A stretch of DNA of 64,000 nucleotides, taken from contig CAJXDY010000002.1 of NCBI GenBank assembly GCA_913052135.1, positions 33,820 through 97,819 on the forward strand. The letters are read 5' to 3'. Shown piece after piece: positions 29,909-39,281 of this stretch. Made by a program: the position numbers and the translations under genes. This DNA comes from an uncultured Acidobacteriota bacterium (GTDB taxonomy: Bacteria > Acidobacteriota > Vicinamibacteria > Vicinamibacterales > UBA823). The first letter of the stretch is position 1. The number at the start of each line of letters is the position of its first letter. A model generated the notes under the pieces. The model had not been told where the DNA came from. It saw only the letters and a list, made by a program, of their open reading frames with translations, and ran no database searches.

Positions 29909-30217
29909 TTAGTCTGAGATCGGCTCGTTCGACGCGACGAGTTCAACTTGGCCAATGCGGAGTTTGTCGCCGGCGGTCAGTCGCGCGCGTTGAATCTTCT
30001 GGTTGTTGACATAAGTACCGTTAGCACTGTCGAGATCCTCGACTTCTAAGTGCCCGTCTTGATTGGTAAGGCGACAGTGGATGCGGGACACAAGCGTGTG
30101 TTCTATCACAAAATCCGCATTGCGCATCCGGCCAATAGTCTTCATGCTGCCTGGCATGATGCGGAAGGTCAGTGGTTGACACGCATTATCAACGCTCTCT
30201 TCACGTAATACCCACAT
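29909..30217 (-). CDS. FHA-domain protein
   Basis: IGR, VSRIH, DLDSANGTYVN. Confidence 0.88.
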   Translation of the reverse strand: MWVLREESVDNACQPLTFRIMPGSMKTIGRMRNADFVIEHTLVSRIHCRLTNQDGHLEVEDLDSANGTYVNNQKIQRARLTAGDKLRIGQVELVASNEPISD

Positions 30218-30220
30218 GCC

Positions 30221-31618
30221 TTACATGTCCTTGATTGCAGCAGTAAGATCGAGAATGGCTTTCTTAGCATCTGAAAACAGCATTAACGTGTTGTCAGCAA
30301 CGAATAGAGGGTTCGGAATCCCCGCAAAGCCTGGACTTAGGCTACGCTTGATGACAACCACCGTACGTGCGTTACTGACTTCGAGAATCGGCATACCAGC
30401 TATCGGACTGGACGGATCCGTTTGAGCGACTGGATTGACCACGTCGTTCGCACCAATGACGAGCGCCACATCAGTTTGCGGAAATGTCGGATTGATGTCT
30501 TCCATCTCACGTAGTTTGTCGTAGTTAACATCAGCTTCAGCTAGTAACACATTCATGTGCCCAGGCATTCTTCCAGCAACCGGGTGAATCGCAAAATCGA
30601 CTTCAGTGTTTTTTGATTCCAGTAAGGTAGCTAGGTCGCGAACAGCGTGTTGCGCCTGAGAGACGGCAAGTCCATAGCCGGGCACAATGACAACACGTCG
30701 CGCGGCATCAAATAGCATTGCCACCTCTTCAGCTCCCGCTGATTTGACTCGGCCGGCGTATACCTCATCAGCCGAGAACTCTCCAGCCACGTTCGGACTG
30801 ATCGCACCTGTGAGTACGTTTCCTAATGATCGGTTCATAGCCTTACACATGATCCGCGTGAGAATCAGACCAGATGCTCCGACCAAAGATCCGGTAATGA
30901 TCAAAACGTTGTTTTCAAGAACAAATCCTGTAGAGGCAGCGGCAAGGCCAGAATAGGAGTTCAGCAACGCGATTGCGACAGGCATATCGGCGCCACCGAT
31001 TGGAATCGTAAGCAGCACACCGCTAACTGAAGCGATAATGACCAACACCCAGTAAAGATGCGTCGCTGTTGGATCCATAACGATCATCGCGCCTACTCCG
31101 ACAGCTGTTACGGCCAATAAAAGGTTGATAATTTGTTGACCGGGAAAATGAATCGGCCTACCTGGGAGTATCAATTCCTGCAATTTGTCAAATGCGATGA
31201 GGCTGCCGAAAAAAGTAACACCACCAATCATGCCAGACATGACAGCGGCAATAGTCATTTGTGCGGTTGGTTGACTGGCATCAAATAGTGCCGCACCGGC
31301 GACTAATGTCGACGCACCACCACCGAAGCCGTTAAGGAGCGCGACCATTTGAGGTATCGCGGTCATCTGAATTTTCAGTGCTAGCGTTGTGCCAAGGCCG
31401 CCGCCTATCAGTACGCCAACCAAGATGACTGTCAGGCCTTCAAGCCCTGCACCAAATACTTGCCGATCGGCCAACGTTGTAATCACCGCAAGCAACATGC
31501 CCGAGGCCCCAATCAAATTGCCTCGTGCTGCAGTTCGCGGGTTTGTTAAGCCTTTGATCCCGAGGATGAACAATATTGATGCGACAAGGTACGAAAAATT
31601 AATAAGAGCTGAATTCAT
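30221..31618 (-). CDS. pntB: NAD(P) transhydrogenase beta subunit
   Basis: GGADMPVAIALLNSYSG, PGYGLA, HPVAGRMPGHMNVLLAEA, GANDVVNP. Confidence 0.97.
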   Translation of the reverse strand: MNSALINFSYLVASILFILGIKGLTNPRTAARGNLIGASGMLLAVITTLADRQVFGAGLEGLTVILVGVLIGGGLGTTLALKIQMTAIPQMVALLNGFGGGASTLVAGAALFDASQPTAQMTIAAVMSGMIGGVTFFGSLIAFDKLQELILPGRPIHFPGQQIINLLLAVTAVGVGAMIVMDPTATHLYWVLVIIASVSGVLLTIPIGGADMPVAIALLNSYSGLAAASTGFVLENNVLIITGSLVGASGLILTRIMCKAMNRSLGNVLTGAISPNVAGEFSADEVYAGRVKSAGAEEVAMLFDAARRVVIVPGYGLAVSQAQHAVRDLATLLESKNTEVDFAIHPVAGRMPGHMNVLLAEADVNYDKLREMEDINPTFPQTDVALVIGANDVVNPVAQTDPSSPIAGMPILEVSNARTVVVIKRSLSPGFAGIPNPLFVADNTLMLFSDAKKAILDLTAAIKDM

Positions 31619-31627
31619 CGATAAAGC

Positions 31628-31906
31628 TCAATCCTTCCTTTTAAACATACTGAGCATTCGATGAGTCACAAGAAAACCACCGATTACGTTTGTTGAGGCT
31701 AGCACCAACGCAAGAAAACCGAGCACAGTGGTTAGTGTATTTGGTGTGGTTGCCGCCAACATCGCTCCGATAATTGTGATGCCAGAAATCGCGTTCGATC
31801 CGGACATTAATGGCGTATGTAAGAGTGGTGGTACTTTTGTAATGATCTCAAAACCCACAAAAACTGCGAGCATCAAAATTGTTAGTAGTGGAATGAATGT
31901 ATCCAT
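31628..31906 (-). CDS. pntAB: NAD(P) transhydrogenase alpha subunit, membrane part
   Basis: LHTPLMSGSNAISG, NVIGGFLVTHRML. Confidence 0.95.
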   Translation of the reverse strand: MDTFIPLLTILMLAVFVGFEIITKVPPLLHTPLMSGSNAISGITIIGAMLAATTPNTLTTVLGFLALVLASTNVIGGFLVTHRMLSMFKRKD

Positions 31907-33087
31907 TAATTCGAGATCCTCTCTGTACCGCTTGGAGGCTGATTCAGAAGTTCGCAGACCCGGGCGTGAACGACTGCACCATCTTTCGAAACTAGTGTTT
32001 CGTTGGTGATTTGATCGTTCAGGTCGAATTCTGGTTGCCCTTCTTTAACGAGGTGCAGCAGGAACGTCGTGATGTTCTTGGCGTACATTTGGCTTGCGTG
32101 GTATGGAACGGTTGCTGGCAAATTGGTCGGGCCGAGCAGCGTCACTCCCTTGTGCTTTGTAGTTTGGTTGGGCTTAGTCAACTCACAGTTACCACCTTTT
32201 TCGGCTGCCATGTCGACGATTACTGATCCTGGTTCCATTCCATCGACCATGGCTTCGGTAATAAGTATTGGAGCTTTTTTACCCGGTACTAGTGCAGTGG
32301 TTATGACGACATTTGCATTGGCTACAACCTTTGCCATGGCTTCCTGTTGGCGCTGATAAAATGAGTCATCCTGCGTCTTGGCATAGCCGCTCTTGTCTTC
32401 AGCTCCCTCAGTTTCAAGCTGAAGACTAATAAATGTGGCTCCCAGACTTTCAACCTGTTGCTTAACAGCGGGTCGTACATCATAGGCATCAACTCTTGCA
32501 CCAAGCCGGCGTGCTGTGGCAATTGCCTGAAGTCCCGCGACACCAGCGCCAATAATGAGTACCCGCGCTGGAGTTACGGTTCCAGCCGCAGTCATTAACA
32601 TTGGAAACATGCGGGGAAGAGTCTCTGCAGCCAGAAGGACGGCCTTGTAGCCAGCGACAGTAGCCATTGACGACAGCACGTCCATACTTTGGGCTCGAGT
32701 GATTCGAGGCATTAATTCCAGTGAGCAGACTGTTACACCGCATTCAGCAAGCTCACGCGCCGCGTTTGGTTCACTGAGAGGTTCAGAGAGTCCAATCACA
32801 ATCTGTTTGGGTCGCAGAAGTTCGAGGTCTGCACGTCCAGCTTCGACGTTGGCGCCGAATGTGCGAACTTGTAAGATCACGTCCGCGCGACCGAAGATCT
32901 CCGCTCGCGATTCAGTGATACGCGCTCCACTTGCATTGTAGGCAGTATCAGGAAACCCAGCCGCTTCTCCAGCACCTGCTTGTATCAAAATCTCAAGTCG
33001 AGCCGTTATTAGAGATTGGATGACCGAAGGGACGACCGCGACACGACGCTCGCTTGGAAATGTTTCTGAAGGAATTCCGACGATCAT
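31906..33087 (-). CDS. pntAA: NAD(P) transhydrogenase alpha subunit, soluble dI part
   Basis: ERRVA, RITRAQSMDVLSS, GAGVAG, GGNC; TAATG coupling to the next gene. Confidence 0.95.
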   Translation of the reverse strand: MIVGIPSETFPSERRVAVVPSVIQSLITARLEILIQAGAGEAAGFPDTAYNASGARITESRAEIFGRADVILQVRTFGANVEAGRADLELLRPKQIVIGLSEPLSEPNAARELAECGVTVCSLELMPRITRAQSMDVLSSMATVAGYKAVLLAAETLPRMFPMLMTAAGTVTPARVLIIGAGVAGLQAIATARRLGARVDAYDVRPAVKQQVESLGATFISLQLETEGAEDKSGYAKTQDDSFYQRQQEAMAKVVANANVVITTALVPGKKAPILITEAMVDGMEPGSVIVDMAAEKGGNCELTKPNQTTKHKGVTLLGPTNLPATVPYHASQMYAKNITTFLLHLVKEGQPEFDLNDQITNETLVSKDGAVVHARVCELLNQPPSGTERISN

Positions 33088-33169
33088 GAGGTGACGCACC
33101 CAATCATAAGGGCGATGGCCTTCCTAAATCCATTATATGCGAACCTGCTAGGCTTTGATGCCACGTTCA

Positions 33170-34837
33170 TCATCGGAAAAATTCATGAAGTTCAGCAGCA
33201 AGAGCTAAAATCAGCTCTCGACTTATCGTTCGTTCTACCAAGTCATCATATTCTTCAATATGGCCAGTGATAGCTGGTAGCAGTAGATGGTTAACATTGT
33301 CGAGTCGAATCTGTTTGACTTGCGCACGTTGGCTCCGTGCAAGCGCGAATTGCCTTAGTCGATCGGCATGTTCTGGGATAACTTGGTGGTCCAATGTACC
33401 GTGCGCGATGACGACAGGCTGGCGAGTTTCTCTGAGGACACTCCACGGGTCAAACGTTAAATAACTCCTGAACCAGGCAGTATCAGCTGATTGCCGCATC
33501 GCAAGTGGAATACCATCCCAGCCATTGCCTGAAATAGTTGCGGCATGAATGTCTTGTTGTAATGCAATTTTCGCTTGCCGTTCGGCATCTGTAAGGGACA
33601 TGCGCTGCAGCATTTGCTGTTGCTGCTCGAGTACGAACTCAGCACCAGATTTTGATGGAGCAGCAATTAATCCAAGTGCTGTTATACGTCTTTCTTTGGA
33701 GGCTGCCAGCATGGCGATCCATGCTCCGTCAGCATGCCCAACCACTGCGATATGTCGGTCATTGACATCGTCTCTTCGACGGAGGTATTGGACCACGTCA
33801 CGCACGTCTCCCGCGTAATCATTCAATGTGGCAGTTTCGCTTCGGCCGCCACTTTGCCCAAATCCGCGTTTATCGTACCGGACAACGAGAAACCCTGCAT
33901 CGGCCAATCCGGCAGCGAGTTGACCGAGAATAGGCACGCCAGACACCATTCCATCCCTATCCATGGGCACGGACCCAGGAACCAGGATCACGGCCGGCCA
34001 TTTCGAATTGTTAGTTGACTGGGTGTCCTTTGGATAGGTCAGCGTTGCGCCAAGATTAAACCCTGTCGCTGGAATGTGTACATCCTCGTCGTTTTCATTG
34101 TCGACAGTCTGGGGGCGAGCCGTTACTGCCGCAATATCGGATCGAATGATTTCGAGACCCACCGTTGGCATACTGATGCGCAAAAGACGTTGGTGCTTGT
34201 CAGTCCAAATTTCAGCATCGAAAGGATTATTGGGATTCAGAATTGTCACATAATGGCGACGGGCATCTAAGGTCTTGCTAGCCGTAGTAATCCGTTGGTC
34301 CGATACTCGATTAAGTGAGATAGATATTTCAGCCTGTGGGGCGTAGTAGGTTGGGATGATTGTGTTTGGACTTGATACTGCCAAGCGAGCTGCAAGTGCT
34401 TCATACGCGCCGAAGATATTTGCAGGTAACACGACCGTTTGTTCTGAAACAGGATCCTTTTTTGTTTCAGAGTTGCCATTCTCCATGACTTCACTTGTGG
34501 CCACGGTCTCGGTGAAAGAGGTTCGGACCATATATGGTTCCCCAGCCACTACTGAATCAATCATCAGATCGACCGGTTTCCACAAACTGTCGTAGCGCAT
34601 TTCAAACTGTCGAATAATGAGGTCTAACGCTCCAGAAACCCGCCCCGTTGAACTCACTATCCACTCGCCGTCAGCGCGTGAGAGCGACACATTCTCTGTG
34701 CCTACTGGTTGCGCATATACAAAGATGTTAAAGACAGCCTCACCCGCTTCAGGTGCTGGCATTGACTGGGTGGTCATGGAAAACAGAGGTGCTGGAGGTG
34801 CAAGCAGTGCGACGATACAATAGATCCAAAGACGCAT
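33170..34837 (-). CDS. Secreted alpha/beta-hydrolase-fold protein with an N-terminal beta-rich domain; nucleophile Ser replaced by Ala
   Basis: GSVPMDRDG, RYDKRG, GHADG (expected GHSxG), HGTLD, NHLL; start uncertain (34837 or 34882). Confidence 0.75.
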   Translation of the reverse strand: MRLWIYCIVALLAPPAPLFSMTTQSMPAPEAGEAVFNIFVYAQPVGTENVSLSRADGEWIVSSTGRVSGALDLIIRQFEMRYDSLWKPVDLMIDSVVAGEPYMVRTSFTETVATSEVMENGNSETKKDPVSEQTVVLPANIFGAYEALAARLAVSSPNTIIPTYYAPQAEISISLNRVSDQRITTASKTLDARRHYVTILNPNNPFDAEIWTDKHQRLLRISMPTVGLEIIRSDIAAVTARPQTVDNENDEDVHIPATGFNLGATLTYPKDTQSTNNSKWPAVILVPGSVPMDRDGMVSGVPILGQLAAGLADAGFLVVRYDKRGFGQSGGRSETATLNDYAGDVRDVVQYLRRRDDVNDRHIAVVGHADGAWIAMLAASKERRITALGLIAAPSKSGAEFVLEQQQQMLQRMSLTDAERQAKIALQQDIHAATISGNGWDGIPLAMRQSADTAWFRSYLTFDPWSVLRETRQPVVIAHGTLDHQVIPEHADRLRQFALARSQRAQVKQIRLDNVNHLLLPAITGHIEEYDDLVERTISRELILALAAELHEFFR

Positions 34838-34913
34838 CGGGTACCAGCATATCATTCCGCCTTCGGAAATCGGGAGCTCCAATGCGGATATCAGTTCCGA
34901 GTGAATTTTTCTG

Positions 34914-35945
34914 ATGACGAAGACTGACGATTACGATCTCTTGCATTGTTCCGCTGGCCATTTCGTTCGTTCGACGCGTGGCACCGTGGGCGTTTCTGGT
35001 AACGACCGAGCGTCGTTTTTGCAGGGACTGCTCACCAATGATATTGAGGCCTTGTCATCAGGTCGAGGATGTTACGCGACCTATCTCACGCCTCAGGGCC
35101 GAATAATTACAGATATGAATGTACTCGACACTGGAAATAGCATTCTTCTCGACGTTGATATTGGGACTACCCACCACCTGGTTGAGCGCTTTAATAAGCT
35201 TATCTTCAGCGAAGATGTACAGATATCGGATCTGTCGAATACTTGGACGCAAATTGGCGTGCGTGGTCCGCATGCGGCGACAGCACTGGCGACAGTGCTA
35301 GCTGAGACGGATTTAGAGGCAGTGTCACTTCACGCCAGTAAATTTCTTGAATATGACGACTTTCAAACAGGGCGGGTATCGTATCTCGATGAGCACGTGC
35401 TGATTTCGAGAAATGATGATGTGGGTGTTGTGGGTTTTGATGTCAGGGTACCTACTACGCTTGATACTGCCCTGCGAGAGCGATTGGCTGCGACTGGTGC
35501 GGTGTCTGTAGATGAAAGGGTGCTTGAGATTCTCCGCGTTGAAGCGGGTCGGCCACTGTTTCCCGTGGATTTGGATGAGAGAACAATACCTCTTGAAGCC
35601 GGCATTGAAGACCGCGCCATTAGCTTGACGAAAGGATGTTACGTCGGGCAAGAGGTCATCATCAGGATTCTTCACCGGGGGCAAGGAAAGGTCGCTAGAA
35701 AACTCGTCGGTTTGACGGTTATGGAAGCTGCGTCAACAGTGCCGATGCGGAACGCGAAATTATTTGATAATGAAAAAGAAGTTGGGCATATTACCAGCGC
35801 CGTCCAATCACCCGCGCTCGGTTGTCCAATCGCGCTTGGTTATGTTCATCGTGACTATGCAGCGCCTGGCATGCAGGTGCAAATTCAGGACCAATCGCAC
35901 GGGCAAACGGGAACAGTTACGAAACTGCCGTTCACAACCCCTTAG
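34914..35945 (+). CDS. ygfZ: YgfZ/CAF17 folate-binding Fe-S/tRNA-modification protein
   Basis: FLQGLLTND, LTPQGR, signature KGCYVGQE. Confidence 0.9.
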   Translation: MTKTDDYDLLHCSAGHFVRSTRGTVGVSGNDRASFLQGLLTNDIEALSSGRGCYATYLTPQGRIITDMNVLDTGNSILLDVDIGTTHHLVERFNKLIFSEDVQISDLSNTWTQIGVRGPHAATALATVLAETDLEAVSLHASKFLEYDDFQTGRVSYLDEHVLISRNDDVGVVGFDVRVPTTLDTALRERLAATGAVSVDERVLEILRVEAGRPLFPVDLDERTIPLEAGIEDRAISLTKGCYVGQEVIIRILHRGQGKVARKLVGLTVMEAASTVPMRNAKLFDNEKEVGHITSAVQSPALGCPIALGYVHRDYAAPGMQVQIQDQSHGQTGTVTKLPFTTP

Positions 35946-36324
35946 TCCCTAAGATCTCAATGAGTTTGACGTCCGCGGGTGGAAAAGTTAGGTCTTTCAG
36001 TTCTTCCTGTGTCACCCATTGGATTGCCTGACCGAGACATGGACGTGGAGTTCCATGAATTTGACACTGGTAGAAATGCAAGAGGAGTCTACTGTCAGGA
36101 TAGTCATGCTGGACCATGTGAATCTTTTTACCTACAGAAATATCAACGTCAAGTTCTTCACGAAGTTCACGACGTAGCGCGTTGCGAAGTGTTTCCCTGG
36201 GTTTACATTTGCCGCCCGGAAACTCCCAGCACCAGGCTAGGGGTCCCTCACCTTGACGTTGTGTTACAAGAAATTTGCCATCACGTTGAACAACAGCAGC
36301 TACGACAGGTATTGGTTTAGACAT
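35932..36324 (-). CDS. mutT: MutT-like Nudix hydrolase (8-oxo-dGTP diphosphatase)
   Basis: WEFPGGK...ETLRNALRRELREE Nudix box; HDYP...LHFY. Confidence 0.8.
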   Translation of the reverse strand: MSKPIPVVAAVVQRDGKFLVTQRQGEGPLAWCWEFPGGKCKPRETLRNALRRELREELDVDISVGKKIHMVQHDYPDSRLLLHFYQCQIHGTPRPCLGQAIQWVTQEELKDLTFPPADVKLIEILGTKGL

Positions 36325-36366
36325 TCGAAATTTGAGATTCACCGGACTTGCATTATGAGGTTAATT

Positions 36367-37083
36367 TCACGATGGTTTAACCCTTGAGGTTAATTGCGGT
36401 GCCGAGACGCAGAAAAGTTTCATGGGGCATTGGAGGCAACGCGGATTACGAGCCGTACAGACTGTAGCCCCTAGATCCATGAGGCCCTGGTTGAAGTCGT
36501 AGACATGACGCCGTGGCAACAGGATTGCAGACAGTTGCCATAAATACCGACGCAGTGCGTTGCGCCGGTAATCACCACGACCCACGAAGACTCTAAACAA
36601 TACTCGGGCAACATTGGTATCGAGGATTGCTGCACGCTGTCCGAAAGCGAAACTTAGGATTGCTCCAACAGTGTAAGCGCCGATACCCTCAAATGATCTT
36701 AGTGTAACTTCATCCGAGGGCAGTTGACCGCCGTGCGATGAGACAACCTTACGTGCAATAGTAAGCAGCCGTTTTGGTCTAATGTTGTAGCCCAAAGGGT
36801 ACCAGGCGCGGAGGACGTCTCGAAGTCGAGCCTTGGACAGCGTTTCGAACGTTGGATAGCGTCTGATCCAAAATTCATACTTAGGAATTACGCGATCGAC
36901 TTGAGTCTGTTGGAGCATAATTTCAGAGACTAGAACGCGGTACGGATCAGTAGTATGGCGCCAAGGGAGATCTCGTCCGTAACGGCGATACCAACTAAGT
37001 AACCGTCGTCGAAAGCCTTGACGCTGCGCTGGATCAGGCAGTTTGTGTCGGTAGCGGTACTTTTTGGTTTTACGTTTAGCCAT
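36367..37083 (-). CDS. mutY: A/G-specific adenine glycosylase, catalytic domain only
   Basis: VSEIMLQQTQV, WYPLGYNIR, HhH GIGAYT, LDTNVARV, CTARNPRCLQCPMKLFC 4Fe-4S motif; ends directly after the FCL motif. Confidence 0.85.
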   Translation of the reverse strand: MAKRKTKKYRYRHKLPDPAQRQGFRRRLLSWYRRYGRDLPWRHTTDPYRVLVSEIMLQQTQVDRVIPKYEFWIRRYPTFETLSKARLRDVLRAWYPLGYNIRPKRLLTIARKVVSSHGGQLPSDEVTLRSFEGIGAYTVGAILSFAFGQRAAILDTNVARVLFRVFVGRGDYRRNALRRYLWQLSAILLPRRHVYDFNQGLMDLGATVCTARNPRCLQCPMKLFCVSAPQLTSRVKPS

Positions 37084-37115
37084 TCATCTCCAAGGAAGGG
37101 TACTATAGATGTGCC

Positions 37116-37655
37116 ATGAAGCTTTATACACGCACGGGCGATGCAGGTGAAACTGGATTTCTCGACGGATCTCGGGTAGCAAAATCCGACCCCCGAGTAG
37201 AGGCCTACGGCGCTCTTGACGAACTTAACGCGATTCTCGGAGTTGCGTGCACGCAGACACAGGAAGCGGACATCCTCGAAATTTTGGTTGCAGTGCAAAA
37301 AGATTTAATGGCCTTAGGCACCCAGCTCGCCGATCCAAACACCCACACTGCCAGTGGCATTCAGAAGGCACTATTAGATGATACTGATGTGCAACGTCTT
37401 GAATCTTGGATCGATGTGTTGACAACTGAGACGCCACCCCTTCGTCGATTTATTTTACCCGGCGGCTCATCATCTGCAGCTGCATTGCATCTAGCTAGAA
37501 CGGTCTGTCGGAGGGCTGAACGACGGATGGTTGCACTTGGTGCCGGTCAGGTGAAAGGCCTATTGCTGCGTTACATTAATCGGCTGTCTGATTTGTTGTT
37601 TGCTGCCGCCCGAGTTCTAAATCTCCGGGCTGGTGTCTCAGAACCTGAATGGTAA
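37116..37655 (+). CDS. pduO: Cob(I)alamin adenosyltransferase (PduO type)
   Basis: LYTRTGDAG, EAYGALDELN, RRAER, NRLSD. Confidence 0.92.
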   Translation: MKLYTRTGDAGETGFLDGSRVAKSDPRVEAYGALDELNAILGVACTQTQEADILEILVAVQKDLMALGTQLADPNTHTASGIQKALLDDTDVQRLESWIDVLTTETPPLRRFILPGGSSSAAALHLARTVCRRAERRMVALGAGQVKGLLLRYINRLSDLLFAAARVLNLRAGVSEPEW

Positions 37656-37697
37656 ACCTTAAGTTTTTGTGATTTATCATGAAACATCTCGGCAAAC

Positions 37698-38195
37698 CTA
37701 CTTTTGCTTGTCGCGTTTCCTGATACTGCTCTTTATGGCGTCGAATATTTTTTTTGCCAACTCCTGAGAAACTCGTTCCCGAATCGAGCCACATTCAATC
37801 AGTATTACGTCCGAGGTTGTCTCGACAACCACGTCCCACCGATCGTGCGCAATACCTTCAGGATGGTCTTTCACACTTGCAGGTATTGCGTTGGTGTCTG
37901 TTAGAAATTCCTTCGATGTATGTGCGGCGATGGTTGAACCATTGATTAGTAATTTCACGGCTTTTATCGACGCCTTGTCTATCGATTGATTGCCACGTAA
38001 AAAATGGGTGACGTTTTCACTGAACAACGTCATGTTCGCACCCATTGGTATCTCTGCAATTACGGAGTGTCCTCGCGCGACCAATTGGTCGCGCTTTGAC
38101 TCCCAACGTTTGCGATAGAACACCAGCGTAGTTATTAGGCTACCTGCGACCATTAGTAGAAAAAGCGCCACGACACCGGCTATGACATCTCGCAT
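37698..38195 (-). CDS. Hypothetical protein with an N-terminal membrane anchor
   Basis: 165-aa ORF filling the gap; single TM followed by a soluble domain. Confidence 0.6.
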   Translation of the reverse strand: MRDVIAGVVALFLLMVAGSLITTLVFYRKRWESKRDQLVARGHSVIAEIPMGANMTLFSENVTHFLRGNQSIDKASIKAVKLLINGSTIAAHTSKEFLTDTNAIPASVKDHPEGIAHDRWDVVVETTSDVILIECGSIRERVSQELAKKIFDAIKSSIRKRDKQK

Positions 38196-38250
38196 TTTGT
38201 GATGCTATCAGTATTAATCAGTAACGATACAAGGGTCTCAATTCGGAAGT

Positions 38251-39273
38251 TTAAGAAAACTTGCTGAGTGTTTTTAGAGCAACATCACGTGCTAGAGACT
38301 CCTTCTCGGTAGTTGTCAAGCGATGTTGTTCGGTCATGAGGTCGTAAGAGCAGGCAATAATTTTTGCGATTGTTTCTGAATAAATACGGATGATTAACTC
38401 CAATACGAACAAGCGATCAGGGCTCAGTCGATTCTGAAGTGTACCAGCAACAACTTTGCCCTCTTCTAGCATTATCTGTGCGCGATCCACGAGGTCACGT
38501 ACCAGATCTTTGAGGGGTTGACTTGCGCGACCGGCTGCCAAATCGGTTGCGAGCAACTGTTCGTTTACACCACGGTGCGCCATGTCGTCACCTGCTAAGT
38601 ACAGCAAGCCGGTTTTACCAGTCTTGAGGTCTCGCCGGAGGTCTCGCAAAACGTGGACAATATAAGCGAATAAACCTAATTTCTGACCACAAGAGTCAAG
38701 CATGAAGTCAGATGCAACCCGAAATACCTCATCGTTATCACTCCGTTCAGAAGCGATGAGATATAGATAGACTGTGGTCGGTGCAACTGTTGCGCCTTGC
38801 GCGTACCGTACGAAGTCGCTGTATGTTGCAAATCTTGTTCTTTGAAGATCTTCTCCCATGGCATCGAAGAAGTTGTCCCAAAGCTGGCGCTTTACAGGAA
38901 ATTGTTTATAAGCACGTGAGAAAGCATCAAATAATTCTGGAGCACGGGGATCGCGACACATCTCTAGATCGTGCGGGTTAGGACTTTTGTGACTAAGTGT
39001 CGCTTCAACAAGGCGCCGCCATGCATCCAAAACCGTGCGTTCAAGGATGGCTTCTTCTTTGGGACACCCTTGGGCGAGGACTTCATCAACGCGGTCGTCG
39101 ACGACTCGCATGATTGCGTAAAGCGCACAGAACGCTCGATAACGTTCCGGATCAACAAAATAGCAACTTGTTCTGTAGAGGTTATTAAAATCTTTTGCTG
39201 CGATAGCCTCAGCGGTACCATCAGCACCAGTAAGTGATCCTGGACACCAGATTGGGCTAAAATTGTGGTTCAT
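38251..39273 (-). CDS. Squalene/phytoene synthase family protein (divergent)
   Basis: LYAIMRVVDDRVDE (DDxxD), FFDAMGEDL, LGLFAYIVHVLRDLRRD, YL. Confidence 0.78.
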   Translation of the reverse strand: MNHNFSPIWCPGSLTGADGTAEAIAAKDFNNLYRTSCYFVDPERYRAFCALYAIMRVVDDRVDEVLAQGCPKEEAILERTVLDAWRRLVEATLSHKSPNPHDLEMCRDPRAPELFDAFSRAYKQFPVKRQLWDNFFDAMGEDLQRTRFATYSDFVRYAQGATVAPTTVYLYLIASERSDNDEVFRVASDFMLDSCGQKLGLFAYIVHVLRDLRRDLKTGKTGLLYLAGDDMAHRGVNEQLLATDLAAGRASQPLKDLVRDLVDRAQIMLEEGKVVAGTLQNRLSPDRLFVLELIIRIYSETIAKIIACSYDLMTEQHRLTTTEKESLARDVALKTLSKFS

Positions 39274-39281
39274 CCTGCGGG

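Noticed and set aside
30221-33087. Split pntA as an anomaly
   Set aside because: The three-gene pntAA-pntAB-pntB organisation is a well-known normal variant.
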